From a virus: 64,000 nt of DNA. The stretch lies in the IMG/VR virus record IMGVR_UViG_3300001687_001193; one strand, given 5' to 3'. The notes beneath the pieces were generated by a model. That model saw nothing but the letters and a program-made list of their open reading frames with translations, ran no database searches and was not told where the DNA came from. Position numbers and translations under genes: made by a program. Below, piece after piece: positions 36,772-46,891 of the stretch (position 1 is the first letter of the stretch; every line of letters starts with the position of its first letter).

Positions 36772-37051
36772 GAAACCGGCTTGGAAGAAAGATGCTGTCA
36801 AGCCGCAGCGCGAACCGCATATAGGGCCGCTGGAAGTCATCGTAAAGGATAATGACATCAACTACGCCCTAAAAATATTGAAGAATAAGATGTCGAAAGA
36901 AGGTGTCTTAACAGAATTAAAACGTAAAAGATTTGCCGAGAAGCCATCTGAAAAGAAGAGGCGCAAACACCGAGAAGCATTAAAGAAAATGCGAAAATCT
37001 CGTGGTAGGAAATCTAGATACAACCAATTTAGAAAGAAAAAGAACGACTAA
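36755..37051 (+). CDS. rpsU: 30S ribosomal protein S21 homologue
   Basis: EVIVKDNDINYALKILKNKMSKEGVLTELKRKRFAEKPSEKKRRKHREALKKMRK parallels E. coli S21 [44 protein letters not shown]. Confidence 0.55.
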   Translation: MENESRKPAWKKDAVKPQREPHIGPLEVIVKDNDINYALKILKNKMSKEGVLTELKRKRFAEKPSEKKRRKHREALKKMRKSRGRKSRYNQFRKKKND

Positions 37052-37063
37052 AGGGGAGGCATC

Positions 37064-37453
37064 TTGGACGCAATAAAGATATTAGAAGAAGTAATGCGCT
37101 TTACTGAAAAGGGAGAAGATAACAGAGCAATAGACGTGTTGTTTAACTACGGAATTTTTACTGGTCTGCCGGCAAATGAAGAGATGGCCTTGCATGAGGA
37201 TCTAATGTCAGAAGCGGACGTTGAAAAGTTGCCGATATCCTCGATGTTGGCGCTGCTTTCGATGTCGCTACCGCGTTGCAGCCAAATGCCTGGGCGGGAA
37301 GAGTTCTTTAATAAAGTAGAGCGCGAATTGTTAGCGCGCGGAGAGAGCGAAGAACGGATAGAGAGATTGTTAAAGGGTCTCGACTGTCGTGACGGCGGGG
37401 CTCGGGCTCGTTGGGGATATGGAATTATAAAACGTGTTTTAGGGATACGTTAA
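37064..37453 (+). CDS. hypothetical protein (TTG start)
   Basis: Strong AAAGGGGAGG RBS before the TTG. Confidence 0.35.
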   Translation: MDAIKILEEVMRFTEKGEDNRAIDVLFNYGIFTGLPANEEMALHEDLMSEADVEKLPISSMLALLSMSLPRCSQMPGREEFFNKVERELLARGESEERIERLLKGLDCRDGGARARWGYGIIKRVLGIR

Positions 37454-38074
37454 ATGGATGACACTACGCACTACATCGAGTTTTTGAGCGCATGCCACGC
37501 AGTTATAACTGATAAAGACTGTTCTAAATATTTCAAGCGATACGACCCTGAATTGCCGCGAGTGGCGAGAATGATCGGCATTTTGAAGTCCATAAACCCG
37601 GCCAGCCTTTTGGACATTGGCCCTGGTCGCGGAAGAGCTTTATGGCCTATTGTATACAATATCCCAGGTTGTGAAGTCGTATGCATAGAGCCCAATGAAT
37701 GGCGCTGCCGAGTCATTAATGCTGTATGCAAGGGTGGTGTTAAGAATGTGAAGGTAGTGCGTGGCGATATTACAAAGGCGAGTTTTAGTTCCGATTGCTT
37801 TGATATTGTGCTCGCGTCGGAAGTTCTCGAGCATATCCCAAATGTTATACAGGCCATGACTGAAATAATAAGAGTATCTAGTAAATATATAATAGCAACG
37901 GTTCCATCAAAACCCGATAAGAATCCTGATCATGTACATTACTTTTCGCAGTCTTTGTTCGAGGACTTGGTGCTCAAGGCTGCGACATTAAAGGGAAAAA
38001 GAGTAGAGAGGCTAACATTTGATTACGTGAGAAATAGCATGGTTATATTAATCAAGCTAGGATGTGGAGAATGA
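37454..38074 (+). CDS. class I SAM-dependent methyltransferase
   Basis: Motif I LLDIGPGRGRAL. Motif post-I/II region VVCIEPNE...VVRGDI. Confidence 0.5.
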   Translation: MDDTTHYIEFLSACHAVITDKDCSKYFKRYDPELPRVARMIGILKSINPASLLDIGPGRGRALWPIVYNIPGCEVVCIEPNEWRCRVINAVCKGGVKNVKVVRGDITKASFSSDCFDIVLASEVLEHIPNVIQAMTEIIRVSSKYIIATVPSKPDKNPDHVHYFSQSLFEDLVLKAATLKGKRVERLTFDYVRNSMVILIKLGCGE

Positions 38075-39125
38075 TATGTCAAGCGATAGGATTATCGTAC
38101 AGACTGGAAGCAAGTTAACCACCATCTTCGTATTTGTAGTAGTGGTCTTAGTGGCCGGGCTTGGAATAGTAGGGTACTTTGCATACAAGTCCCTAATAGA
38201 AGATAATTTCAGGCTACAAAATGAAGTGGTCCAGTTCAGAAAGTTGACTGAGACACTAGTTAGAAGCAGCAACCAATGGGCTACGAAGAAGGATTTGGAG
38301 CATGATTTAAAGGCATTTATGACGAAGAAGGATTACGCGACGCTTAGGGCAGACATCGATAAATTAGGCGCAAATCTTATGGCCGTAGGGCGGACAGTTG
38401 GAACTATAAAGCGTAAAGTGTCGAAGCTGGAAAAGAGTGATGACCAAGGTCCTGTCAACCCCGACATTAAATTATGTGACGACGGCAAACTAGTGGACAC
38501 CCACGAATATACTAAGAGGCCTCAGATAAAATTGTTGACGGACGTTAATCTGGCACCAGTAGCCAAAGTACAATTTGATGCCTCCAAGGATAAGCCTTGG
38601 AACTATGACGTGTTTCGGAGAAATCACTACCTCACGACTGTAGTCAGCCGTAAGGAAAGTGGCCAGATGGTATTCCATCACAAGCTAGAATACTCGGTCC
38701 CTGACAAAGACAAGGCCAAGAAATATAAAGTAAATATCGTGTCGTCCGATTTCAAACAAGCACCACCCAAGAGTAAAATGTTTTGGTTGAATCCAAGAGT
38801 GGATGCCAATTTCTTTGCCGGGGGCGCTGTGTACAGATTTGCAGAGGGACCAGGGAGGCCAGATAACATAGTCTCCCTTGGTGTGGACATTGGTTTATCA
38901 TTATCATCTTATGGACCAACTAAGGTAGATAGTTGGTTTCGCCTGTTCAGATTTGGACTCGGCTATAATATAGAGAGGCAGGCTGCTCAGTTTTCTTTCG
39001 CACCATTTGTGTTGAATATAGGTAAACCTATTCCGTTATTGTCTAATCTTTATCTAGCACCGCAGGTTGGGGTCGATACTGGGGGCGGCCTCACTGTTAA
39101 TATGGGCATTGGCCCACAATTTTAA
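38064..39125 (+). CDS. membrane-anchored protein with coiled coil and C-terminal beta-rich domain ending in Phe (outer-membrane beta-barrel-like)
   Basis: N-terminal transmembrane segment. The Gly/aromatic-rich C-terminus ...GIGPQF resembles a beta-barrel C-terminal signature. Confidence 0.3.
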   Translation: MENDMSSDRIIVQTGSKLTTIFVFVVVVLVAGLGIVGYFAYKSLIEDNFRLQNEVVQFRKLTETLVRSSNQWATKKDLEHDLKAFMTKKDYATLRADIDKLGANLMAVGRTVGTIKRKVSKLEKSDDQGPVNPDIKLCDDGKLVDTHEYTKRPQIKLLTDVNLAPVAKVQFDASKDKPWNYDVFRRNHYLTTVVSRKESGQMVFHHKLEYSVPDKDKAKKYKVNIVSSDFKQAPPKSKMFWLNPRVDANFFAGGAVYRFAEGPGRPDNIVSLGVDIGLSLSSYGPTKVDSWFRLFRFGLGYNIERQAAQFSFAPFVLNIGKPIPLLSNLYLAPQVGVDTGGGLTVNMGIGPQF

Positions 39126-39133
39126 GGGACGTT

Positions 39134-39664
39134 ATGGAAATACATTGGATCGTTATATTAGTTGCAATTTTACCATTCTGGTTTTTGCAGAATTGTATTC
39201 ATGAACTGTCACATGGCCTTACTATTCGTCTGGGTTGGAGATGGGGTTTTAAGATATGGCCACTTCCATCATTCGGGGTAGGTGGCAGGTTCTCTTTTGC
39301 ACACACAACATTCAACAGAACCGAGAAGTCTAAAGACTTAGAGGAGTCTGATTGGGCACTCATATTTGCGATGCCGAAGTTGGTAAACATATTATTCATA
39401 TCTGTGTTTTCTATATTGGCGGCGGTCACATCGAACGACGTGATCGCAATGCTCACGTTGGTTTTTGTCTGGGCTAATTTCATAGACTTTGGCGTTGGCA
39501 TGCTGCCGGCGATGCGCCAATCGGTCGGGAATGTACACAATGATATGATTAAGTTGCAGCGTATATTGAAACTGCCAGGAAAATTGGTGCAAATTGCATC
39601 GACTGGCTTTGTAATTGCAATAGCCGTACCGGTAGTTATCACAACGTTAATACAACTTTTTTAA
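39134..39664 (+). CDS. polytopic membrane protein with HExxH
   Basis: CIHELSHGL lies within a transmembrane region. Four hydrophobic helices. Confidence 0.3.
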   Translation: MEIHWIVILVAILPFWFLQNCIHELSHGLTIRLGWRWGFKIWPLPSFGVGGRFSFAHTTFNRTEKSKDLEESDWALIFAMPKLVNILFISVFSILAAVTSNDVIAMLTLVFVWANFIDFGVGMLPAMRQSVGNVHNDMIKLQRILKLPGKLVQIASTGFVIAIAVPVVITTLIQLF

Positions 39665-39682
39665 TGCGAAAGGAAGAGAGAA

Positions 39683-40204
39683 ATGCGTGAAGCTAGCATT
39701 CCTATTATAACTCCAGACACTTTTAATTTTGCTTTACAGTCACATAGAGAGGCGTTGGCAAAATCACCAGAGTTTACATATGGCCACTACAGTGTGTGTG
39801 GCGGTACCATCACGGTAGCTGGTGCGCGAGTCGGTGACAAACTATATTACGGTTTAAGTATGTGTACTCCTGAAGACAACTTTTCAAAGGATAAAGGACG
39901 CAAGATTGCGACGGCTAGACTTACATATAGTAGCGATAGTCATTTGCGCGGCGTGTTTTTCGGCGCATTGGGGGATATGGCACCTGGAGAGGCGTTCATG
40001 TATGCGCTAGAAGACCATATTTATAAGATGCGGCATAGGCCGCACTGGATTAAGAAAGATTATGAAGTAGATTTTAGGGGTCCTAAGAAACCCAGACGCA
40101 CTGTGCTGTTGCCGAAAAAACCGATGACAAAGGCGGCCGTGCAGCAGATGCTCCGCAATCAGGGGAATTATGGACGCCGCGAAGGGCCTGAAGACCGCTC
40201 TTAG
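39683..40204 (+). CDS. hypothetical protein
   Basis: ATG after GGAAGAGAG RBS. Confidence 0.35.
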   Translation: MREASIPIITPDTFNFALQSHREALAKSPEFTYGHYSVCGGTITVAGARVGDKLYYGLSMCTPEDNFSKDKGRKIATARLTYSSDSHLRGVFFGALGDMAPGEAFMYALEDHIYKMRHRPHWIKKDYEVDFRGPKKPRRTVLLPKKPMTKAAVQQMLRNQGNYGRREGPEDRS

Positions 40205-40266
40205 GCCTTGACAATCCTGATTTAATGATTAAATTGGTTTCATTCAGCTAACAAAGGAGGTGACAA

Positions 40267-40686
40267 ATGTTAGTGCGATGGAACCCTTTTAGTGAAATCT
40301 CTAGGATTGATAAAGATTTTCAAAATCTTATCGGTGACTTTTTCACACAGGATAACTGGCGGCCAGTTGTAGATGTGTATGAAGACCCGGAAAAAGTCGT
40401 GGTAGAGGCAGAGTTGCCCGGTATAGATCCGGAAGACGTTGATATTACTATAGATAAGGACAGGTTGATAATTAGAGGTGGCACTACTTCCGAAAAAAAA
40501 GATAAGAAAAAGAATTTCCTGAGAGCCGAAAGGACGAGGGGATCGTTTGTACGGTCGTTTGTACTTCCTTCGTCTGTTGAATCCGAAAGGATTCTGGCAT
40601 CTTACAATAGGGGAGTGCTGACCATATCGATACCCAAGAGGCCCGAAGAAGTGCCTCGGAAGGTAAACATAAAGATGCTTGAATAA
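40267..40686 (+). CDS. small heat-shock protein (Hsp20 / alpha-crystallin family)
   Basis: Strong AAGGAGGTG RBS. PVVDVYEDPEKVVVEAELPGIDPEDVDI...GVLTISIPKRPE is a typical alpha-crystallin domain. Confidence 0.7.
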   Translation: MLVRWNPFSEISRIDKDFQNLIGDFFTQDNWRPVVDVYEDPEKVVVEAELPGIDPEDVDITIDKDRLIIRGGTTSEKKDKKKNFLRAERTRGSFVRSFVLPSSVESERILASYNRGVLTISIPKRPEEVPRKVNIKMLE

Positions 40687-40691
40687 AAAGA

Positions 40692-40716
40692 GGGGCGGGA
40701 AACCGCCCCTTTCCTT
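40692..40716 (+). terminator. rho-independent terminator
   Basis: GGGGCGG-GAAA-CCGCCCC followed by TTTCCTT. Confidence 0.7.
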
Positions 40717-40801
40717 ATAAACATGTATCATTCTCATAACTTGACAACCTACTAATTCTGGGGCATTATATTGTATAGGCTATGGGGGTGATACACGATA
40801 C

Positions 40802-41230
40802 ATGACTAGGCCGCGTAGAAAAACTACAAACTCTCGTAAGATGTACAAAATATATACGAAATTAGTAGAGAGGCTGCCATCTACATATCCGCACCCTACG
40901 CTGGTCGTGCATGTTAACCTAACGGAATTAATCAAATATTATTGGGACGATGACGGTGAAATAGACCGTGGAGACCCTGGCCATTCTCCATACGCGTTCT
41001 GTGATGGAATAGACAACACTATCCATGTGTCCTATACACTTATAAAAGAAACCACGAACGTCATACTATGGTATTTTCTACATGAATTGGGCCATTTGTA
41101 TGCGTTACAACAGTACGGTAAGTTAGACAAAAGATGGGACGATTACAGAGTTAGTGAGAAGTACGCCAATAGATTCGCCAGTAGGTGGCTCAATAGGCTT
41201 AAAAAGGAGGGATGGCTTAAAACAATATGA
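40802..41230 (+). CDS. HExxH zinc metallopeptidase-like protein
   Basis: FLHELGHLYALQQYG. Confidence 0.4.
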   Translation: MTRPRRKTTNSRKMYKIYTKLVERLPSTYPHPTLVVHVNLTELIKYYWDDDGEIDRGDPGHSPYAFCDGIDNTIHVSYTLIKETTNVILWYFLHELGHLYALQQYGKLDKRWDDYRVSEKYANRFASRWLNRLKKEGWLKTI

Positions 41231-41889
41231 CGCGGTTACTTAGCATTATTTTAGCTATTGTATTTTTAATTGGAGGTTGTGCTCACACTAGGTACGGCTC
41301 TATTAATAAAACAGTTGAGAAGGCACGCGACGCGAATGTGTCGATCGTCAATGCGACTAGCAAAAGCAGTGGGGCTGGCGTAATAGTCTACAACGGAGTG
41401 GGTAAATATATGGTGGTGTTAACTGCCGCACACGTCGTTGTCTCATATTTAAAAAAGAAAAAGACTATATATGCTCTCCCATCATATGATGGAATTATGA
41501 GGAGAATGGCAGTTTATAAAATTAGTAAAGAACATGATTTAGCCATTCTGGTATCAACACGTAAGGAACATAAACCTGGACCATATGCCAAGTTTGCTAG
41601 GGGTCATCCGAATATAGGTGATAGAGTCTATGCGATTGGGTCTCCTATGGGGGACAAGGCAACATTGACTGACGGCATTGTCAGCAACTTTGAATACAAG
41701 AAAGGACTCGTTAGATATCGTTTTACGGCGCCGGTTTTTTTTGGAAATTCTGGCGGCGGTTTATTTAACGATAAAATGGAACTGATTGGAATTGTCACTA
41801 ATATGTACCTAGTACGGAGCGGTTTTTCCATAATAGCAATTCCTGGAGCCGGTATAGCGGCATCCATAAAATCCATGAAAGTAATGTAA
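41227..41889 (+). CDS. trypsin-like (S1/S1C-type) serine protease, probable lipoprotein
   Basis: Lipobox LIGGCAH. His in VLTAAHVV. Asp in DLAIL. Ser in GNSGGGLF. Confidence 0.6.
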   Translation: MTRLLSIILAIVFLIGGCAHTRYGSINKTVEKARDANVSIVNATSKSSGAGVIVYNGVGKYMVVLTAAHVVVSYLKKKKTIYALPSYDGIMRRMAVYKISKEHDLAILVSTRKEHKPGPYAKFARGHPNIGDRVYAIGSPMGDKATLTDGIVSNFEYKKGLVRYRFTAPVFFGNSGGGLFNDKMELIGIVTNMYLVRSGFSIIAIPGAGIAASIKSMKVM

Positions 41890-41902
41890 AGCATTTATCT
41901 TG

Positions 41903-41941
41903 AGACATACGTCTATATAGAAGACGTATGTCTTTTTTTTG
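41903..41941 (+). terminator. rho-independent terminator
   Basis: AGACATACGTCT...AGACGTATGTCT hairpin followed by a T8 run. Confidence 0.75.
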
Positions 41942-41956
41942 TAGAAAGGTACGACA

Positions 41957-42220
41957 ATGTCCGACAAAAAAGCTAAAAAAGCCAAGCCCTTCAACGCGCC
42001 CATGAATAAGCTGCGACGTATCAGAAAAGAAGCCAAAAAGTACCAGAAAAAACTTGAAAAGTTGCTGAGATTGCATGAAGAGGGCAAACAACGTTGGGCC
42101 ACTGATAAGAATGGCAATAGAGTTGGTCTCAAGATACCGAAGACCCAGGGCATTATCCCTGGAAGCAAAAGGCACGAGAGACTCGTAGCACATATAGAAG
42201 AGTTGAAATCGCGAGTATAA
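41957..42220 (+). CDS. small basic (Lys-rich) protein
   Basis: ATG after GAAAGG RBS. Sequence KKAKKAKPFNAPMNKLRRIRKEAKKYQKK. Confidence 0.35.
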   Translation: MSDKKAKKAKPFNAPMNKLRRIRKEAKKYQKKLEKLLRLHEEGKQRWATDKNGNRVGLKIPKTQGIIPGSKRHERLVAHIEELKSRV

Positions 42221-42260
42221 GAGGAAGCTGCTCTTCGTCGTAACCATATACTGGAGAGTA

Positions 42261-42734
42261 ATGTTTAAACCTGTAAGGTGTGGCTCTGGAAAGGAGACAC
42301 CATATGTAAGAAAGTTTTTGCCGAGTTTAACGGCACCTAAATCAGGGCTTGTGGTTGATCTCGGCTGTGGTAATCTAAGAAACACCAAGTATGCTAGGTC
42401 CTTGGGATATACTAATGTGGTATCATACGACAAAGCCGGGGACTTTGGTGTTAAGTTAGACCTAGGCAAAGACAGAATTCCTATAGGAGATGGTAGGGCA
42501 AATATCATACTATGCAATTATCTTCTATGTTTTCTGAATGAATCTGAAAAACGGCACCTCATTGGCGAAATAAAGAGACTCGCTAAAATGGGGTGCTTTC
42601 TTTTTGTAGAAATGTATAATGCTAAGAATGCCCTTCCATATAACATAGATGACATTTTGGGATCATTTTCCGGATCTTGGTCGACGAAGCATGTTTCCAA
42701 GGATAGATTTCTAATACAAAGGACAGGACGGTGA
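42261..42734 (+). CDS. SAM-dependent methyltransferase-like protein
   Basis: VVDLGCGNLRN matches motif I. Confidence 0.4.
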   Translation: MFKPVRCGSGKETPYVRKFLPSLTAPKSGLVVDLGCGNLRNTKYARSLGYTNVVSYDKAGDFGVKLDLGKDRIPIGDGRANIILCNYLLCFLNESEKRHLIGEIKRLAKMGCFLFVEMYNAKNALPYNIDDILGSFSGSWSTKHVSKDRFLIQRTGR

Positions 42735-43153
42735 TTGAGTGCATCATTATTGGTAGCGGTCTTCTTCTTATCTTCAGCGGAACGTGGGCCGCGTGTCGCT
42801 ACGACGACTGGCGAGAGAACAGAAAATTCGAGAGACGCTGCGCGGAAGACAAAGAGAGACAAAAGAAACAAGACGCAGAGAAATTTTTACAGCATTTGGA
42901 AAAACATGGCACGGATCGCGACAAAGCTAGAGTAAAAGCTATTAGAGAATTGGAGAAAGAAGTGCGTCTGAGAATTATAGAGAGCGAACAGGTTTCCCGG
43001 ATACTAGATAACAAACTGGTCAGGGAAAAAATGGAGTCCGCCGCTATAGAGATAGAAGAATTTAAACTCATGCTATCTGGACATGAAGATGAGTTGTTAA
43101 AGAAATTTGAAGAATTAGAACGTACTATGGATGTGAGGCTGTTAGATGAATAG
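42731..43153 (+). CDS. membrane-anchored coiled-coil protein
   Basis: N-terminal transmembrane segment, then a charged heptad-like sequence. Confidence 0.3.
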   Translation: MIECIIIGSGLLLIFSGTWAACRYDDWRENRKFERRCAEDKERQKKQDAEKFLQHLEKHGTDRDKARVKAIRELEKEVRLRIIESEQVSRILDNKLVREKMESAAIEIEEFKLMLSGHEDELLKKFEELERTMDVRLLDE

Positions 43154-43163
43154 GAGATAGCAT

Positions 43164-43697
43164 ATGAATCAAGTATTGTTCTTAATGTCTGGGTTGCCCG
43201 CCTCAGGGAAAAGCACACTCAGAGGCAAAATGTTCCCGAGGGCGACTATTATTTGCCCAGATGACTTTATAGGTTATACAAAAGAAAATCCTTGGACTCC
43301 GAACGCAGCCAAGGCTGCTTGGAAAAAGGCTACGGAAAAACTCAGGGAGGCGCTCGGTCGAGGAGATGAATTAATAATATTCGACGCCACTTTTGTGAGT
43401 GTTAAAGCTAGGAAGAAATACCTTAAAATTGCCAAAGAGTATAATGCAACTCCCATGATTGTTTATTGCACCGCATCGCTAGATACAGTTATAACTAGGA
43501 ATGCGTCCAGACCGGAGTCACGCCGAGTTCCGAAATTTGTGGTAAATAGAATGGCGGATAATTTTGAGGCTCCAACGTCGGAAGAAGGATTTGAAGTAGT
43601 CATATCGTTCAACAGCGAGACGAATGAAGCCGCAGTTGAGGAGGGTAAGTTGCCTCCTGACGTTGAAGGCAAATTATATATTGAATATGGAGGTTGA
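43164..43697 (+). CDS. P-loop kinase (polynucleotide kinase / AAA_33-like)
   Basis: Walker A SGLPASGKST parallels T4 Pnk GCPGSGKST. Size fits a kinase-only domain. Confidence 0.5.
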   Translation: MNQVLFLMSGLPASGKSTLRGKMFPRATIICPDDFIGYTKENPWTPNAAKAAWKKATEKLREALGRGDELIIFDATFVSVKARKKYLKIAKEYNATPMIVYCTASLDTVITRNASRPESRRVPKFVVNRMADNFEAPTSEEGFEVVISFNSETNEAAVEEGKLPPDVEGKLYIEYGG

Positions 43698-43701
43698 TTA
43701 G

Positions 43702-45318
43702 ATGTCAAGTAAACTAGTGAAGTACCATGAAGAGGCCCGCACCTCTATTATGGCAGGGGTTAGGAAGTTGGCGGATGCTGTTAGTGTTACTCTTGGTCCA
43801 AAAGGTAGACACGTTCTTATTAGAAGACAGTGGGGCTCGCCACAAGTCACGAGGGACGGCGTAACAATCGCAAAAGAAATATTTCTCAACGACCAATATG
43901 AGGACATGGGCGCGCAAATGGTAAAAGAGGCCGCGCAAACAACGGTAGACGAAGCTGGCGATGGCACCACAACCGCGACCGTTCTGGCAAGGTCTATATA
44001 TGAGGAAGGTCTTAAACTGTTAGCCGCCAGGTATAACCCAATGGATCTTAAGAGGGGTATCGATAAGGCGGTTGCAGCCGTAGTTGAGGAGCTTGACAAT
44101 ATCGCAAAGCCCACTCAAGACCCTTCCGACATCGCGAAAATTGGTACTATTAGCGCCAATGACAAGGGTATTGGCGAACTTTTGTCCCAGGCAATGGCGA
44201 AAGTGGGTAAAGATGGCGTTATTACTATTGAAGAATCCCAGAGCTTCAAAACATACTTAGACGTTACGGAAGGGATGCAATTTGACAGAGGTTACATAAC
44301 TCCATACTTTGTTACCAATGTGGAAAAGGTACAAGTGGAACTCGACGAATGTCTTATTCTACTACACGACGGCAAGTACGAGAACATTAAAGAAGTAGAA
44401 CCTTTACTTCAAGAAGTGTCTAGAGCTGGAAAGCCGCTATTGCTCATAGGAGAAGACTACGGCAAAAACTTTCTGGCTAACCTTATTATCAATAAGCAAC
44501 ATGGCACGCTTTTTAGTTGTCCTGTAAAGGCGCCGGGTTTCGGTGAACGCCGCAAAGAGATTCTCAAAGACTTAGCGATTCTTACTGGTGGGACAGTATT
44601 CTCTGAAGAAACCGGCATGACGTTCAAAAAAGCCGAGATGGAGCATCTTGGGGCCGCTAAGAGAGTAATTGTAGACCGTAATTCTACGACTATCGTAGAT
44701 GGCGGTGGCACAACCGAGGAACTTAAGGCTCGCATGAATCAAATAAGAGATGATATCAAGAATTGCGACAGTGACTACGACAAACGGACAATGAAAGAGC
44801 GCCTTGCGAAGCTTACCGGTGGTGTGGCTGTTATAAGAGTTGGAGCAGCTACCGAGCCAGAGCTTAAAGAGAAGAAGGACCGCGTGGAAGACGCTATGCA
44901 TGCTACGCGCGCCGCTGTAGAAGAAGGTATTGTGCCTGGTGGCGGAGTAGCTTTGCTGCGGTGTCGTAAAGCCGTAGAAGATATGATCGGCGTTATTCCT
45001 GATGCAGGAGAACAAGAAGGCGCGAAAATTATCTTTACAGTGCTCGATGCGCCATTGCGTACTATAGTTGAGAATGCTGGTGGTAAACCGGACATCGTAG
45101 TGAATGAGATTCTTGGACACGATACTCGGAGCGCTGGCTACGACGCTTCCCGTGGAATTTACTGTGACTTAGTAGAGGCTGGCATTATAGACCCGAAGAA
45201 GGTTGTCCGTTGCGCTCTAAAGAACGCGGCTAGTGTTGCCTCTATGCTTTTGACAACTGAAGCGTTGGTTGCCGATGATCCTGATGCTGGTGGTGCGGCG
45301 GAGCCAGGAGCGATGTAA
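43702..45318 (+). CDS. groEL: chaperonin GroEL (Cpn60)
   Basis: [31 protein letters not shown]...[15 protein letters not shown] with a Gly/Met-less C-terminus. Typical Cpn60 length and motifs. Confidence 0.85.
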   Translation: MSSKLVKYHEEARTSIMAGVRKLADAVSVTLGPKGRHVLIRRQWGSPQVTRDGVTIAKEIFLNDQYEDMGAQMVKEAAQTTVDEAGDGTTTATVLARSIYEEGLKLLAARYNPMDLKRGIDKAVAAVVEELDNIAKPTQDPSDIAKIGTISANDKGIGELLSQAMAKVGKDGVITIEESQSFKTYLDVTEGMQFDRGYITPYFVTNVEKVQVELDECLILLHDGKYENIKEVEPLLQEVSRAGKPLLLIGEDYGKNFLANLIINKQHGTLFSCPVKAPGFGERRKEILKDLAILTGGTVFSEETGMTFKKAEMEHLGAAKRVIVDRNSTTIVDGGGTTEELKARMNQIRDDIKNCDSDYDKRTMKERLAKLTGGVAVIRVGAATEPELKEKKDRVEDAMHATRAAVEEGIVPGGGVALLRCRKAVEDMIGVIPDAGEQEGAKIIFTVLDAPLRTIVENAGGKPDIVVNEILGHDTRSAGYDASRGIYCDLVEAGIIDPKKVVRCALKNAASVASMLLTTEALVADDPDAGGAAEPGAM

Positions 45319-45334
45319 GTCTACAGGAGACGGT

Positions 45335-46339
45335 ATGGACTATAAAACGGTAATCCTAGACTTTTTCTACACTGGTTACGGGGTTATTGCCCATCCAAAG
45401 TCTGACGGCAGGGTAGAAGTACCACGACAATTTGTAAAACTGATGGGGTGGGATAAGTGCAAAACACTTTATATGTCATATGAAGATGGAGCCGAGTTTT
45501 ATATATCGAATGACTCCAAGTTCCATTGCGATGATCCAGTCCAAATAGAAGTAGCTGTTAGTGATAAGAGAATCAGGGTACCTGCTGGATTTCTAAGAAA
45601 GATCGGTATGTGTGATAAGGACCTGTCTTTCACCGCTGGCGATGGTCTCGGTATTGTAAAGGCAGATAACTCTCATAATAGATTCGCGATCGAGGCCTTC
45701 ATCTCGTCATTAATGCCTCGCGACATAAAAGAACTTGGCATGTTGCTATCTGGAGAAGGTAGCAATGAGATGATATCATATGTTGAGGCGAAGATACCAT
45801 TTGGAGAAGTGGCAAGGATACCTGTAAAACGGCGTCCACGCCTGATACTTCTACGGAAAATCGGATCCACGGTATTTAGGCCCATAGGTAACCCATATAA
45901 GTTCGAGGGATATTGGTCTGGAAGAGAGATTGTATTTTCCAGGGGAGACTCGGAGGTTACTCCAGAGACATTATACTTGGTCCCAGGCATCCAGCGTGTA
46001 AAACAAGAAGAAGGTGGGTTCATATTCGGGTTCTTACTGCTTGACGAGAAGATGGTTGGGAAAATACGCGACAGGATTGTACATAAGAATTCTAGTAATA
46101 CAGCAGTTGATGTAGAGATGATTTTTATATATGATGGTTTTACATTTGGATCATTTAAAATTTATACTAATCCTCCGGATGAGCTTCCGGAAGATGTGCT
46201 TAATAAGGCGAGAGAGACATGTTCTGACCCGGAAAAGTTCCTATTGAGTACTTTTAGGGTAGTAGACTCGCCACCTAAAGATAGCCCGCCGGAATCAGTT
46301 AATTCTAGAACTGTAGAGTTATGTGGCACGCAGGACTAA
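45335..46339 (+). CDS. hypothetical protein
   Basis: In-frame ATG at 45335 after a GGAGACGG RBS. Confidence 0.35.
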   Translation: MDYKTVILDFFYTGYGVIAHPKSDGRVEVPRQFVKLMGWDKCKTLYMSYEDGAEFYISNDSKFHCDDPVQIEVAVSDKRIRVPAGFLRKIGMCDKDLSFTAGDGLGIVKADNSHNRFAIEAFISSLMPRDIKELGMLLSGEGSNEMISYVEAKIPFGEVARIPVKRRPRLILLRKIGSTVFRPIGNPYKFEGYWSGREIVFSRGDSEVTPETLYLVPGIQRVKQEEGGFIFGFLLLDEKMVGKIRDRIVHKNSSNTAVDVEMIFIYDGFTFGSFKIYTNPPDELPEDVLNKARETCSDPEKFLLSTFRVVDSPPKDSPPESVNSRTVELCGTQD

Positions 46340-46363
46340 TATTTTTATAGGAGTGTTTATTTA

Positions 46364-46891
46364 ATGAATCAGCGCAATGTGCAGCACGCTAGTGTCAATT
46401 ACAAGATCAGAGCGTCCCGCGTTCTCGTTATTGGTGAAGATGGTAAGAATCTGGGTGAAATGAATATAAAAGATGCGCTGGATAGGGCGTCCGAGGCCGG
46501 TCTAGATTTGGTGGAAGTAGGCTCCGGCAAGACAGTGCCGGTATGTAAAATAATGGATTTTGGAAAGTGGAAATATGACCAGTCCAAAAAATCTAGGAAA
46601 AAGGGCGGCGACCAGAAACAGGTTGTAAAAGAGATTAAATTCCGTCCTAATACCGGAGACAACGACCTTAGTTATCGCGCCAAGAATGCCGTTAAATTTT
46701 TGTCTGCTGGCCACAAGATAAAGCTGTCGGTAAGGTTTAGGGGCAGGGAAATGGAGCACATGTACGACACCGGTAAAAGCCTTCTGGAAAGGTTTCTGGC
46801 ACTTATAGACTGTCCTTTTGAGATTGACGGCAATGCCGTCGCAGAAGGAAATTCTATATCGCTGATGATCTCTGCGGAAAAGAGTAAATGA
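46364..46891 (+). CDS. infC: translation initiation factor IF-3
   Basis: INYKIRASRVLVIGEDGKNLGEMNIKDALDRASEAGLDLVEV...KEIKFRPNTGDNDLSYRAKNAVKFL matches the IF-3 N- and C-domain pattern. It uses ATG, not the AUU start typical of bacterial infC. Confidence 0.7.
   Translation: MNQRNVQHASVNYKIRASRVLVIGEDGKNLGEMNIKDALDRASEAGLDLVEVGSGKTVPVCKIMDFGKWKYDQSKKSRKKGGDQKQVVKEIKFRPNTGDNDLSYRAKNAVKFLSAGHKIKLSVRFRGREMEHMYDTGKSLLERFLALIDCPFEIDGNAVAEGNSISLMISAEKSK

Noticed and set aside
36755-37051. Doubt that the S21-like ORF is merely a generic Lys/Arg-rich peptide
   Set aside because: The ordered match to the S21 core (…VLxExxRxxFxEKPxxxxKRxK…) is too specific. The S21 call is kept at moderate confidence.
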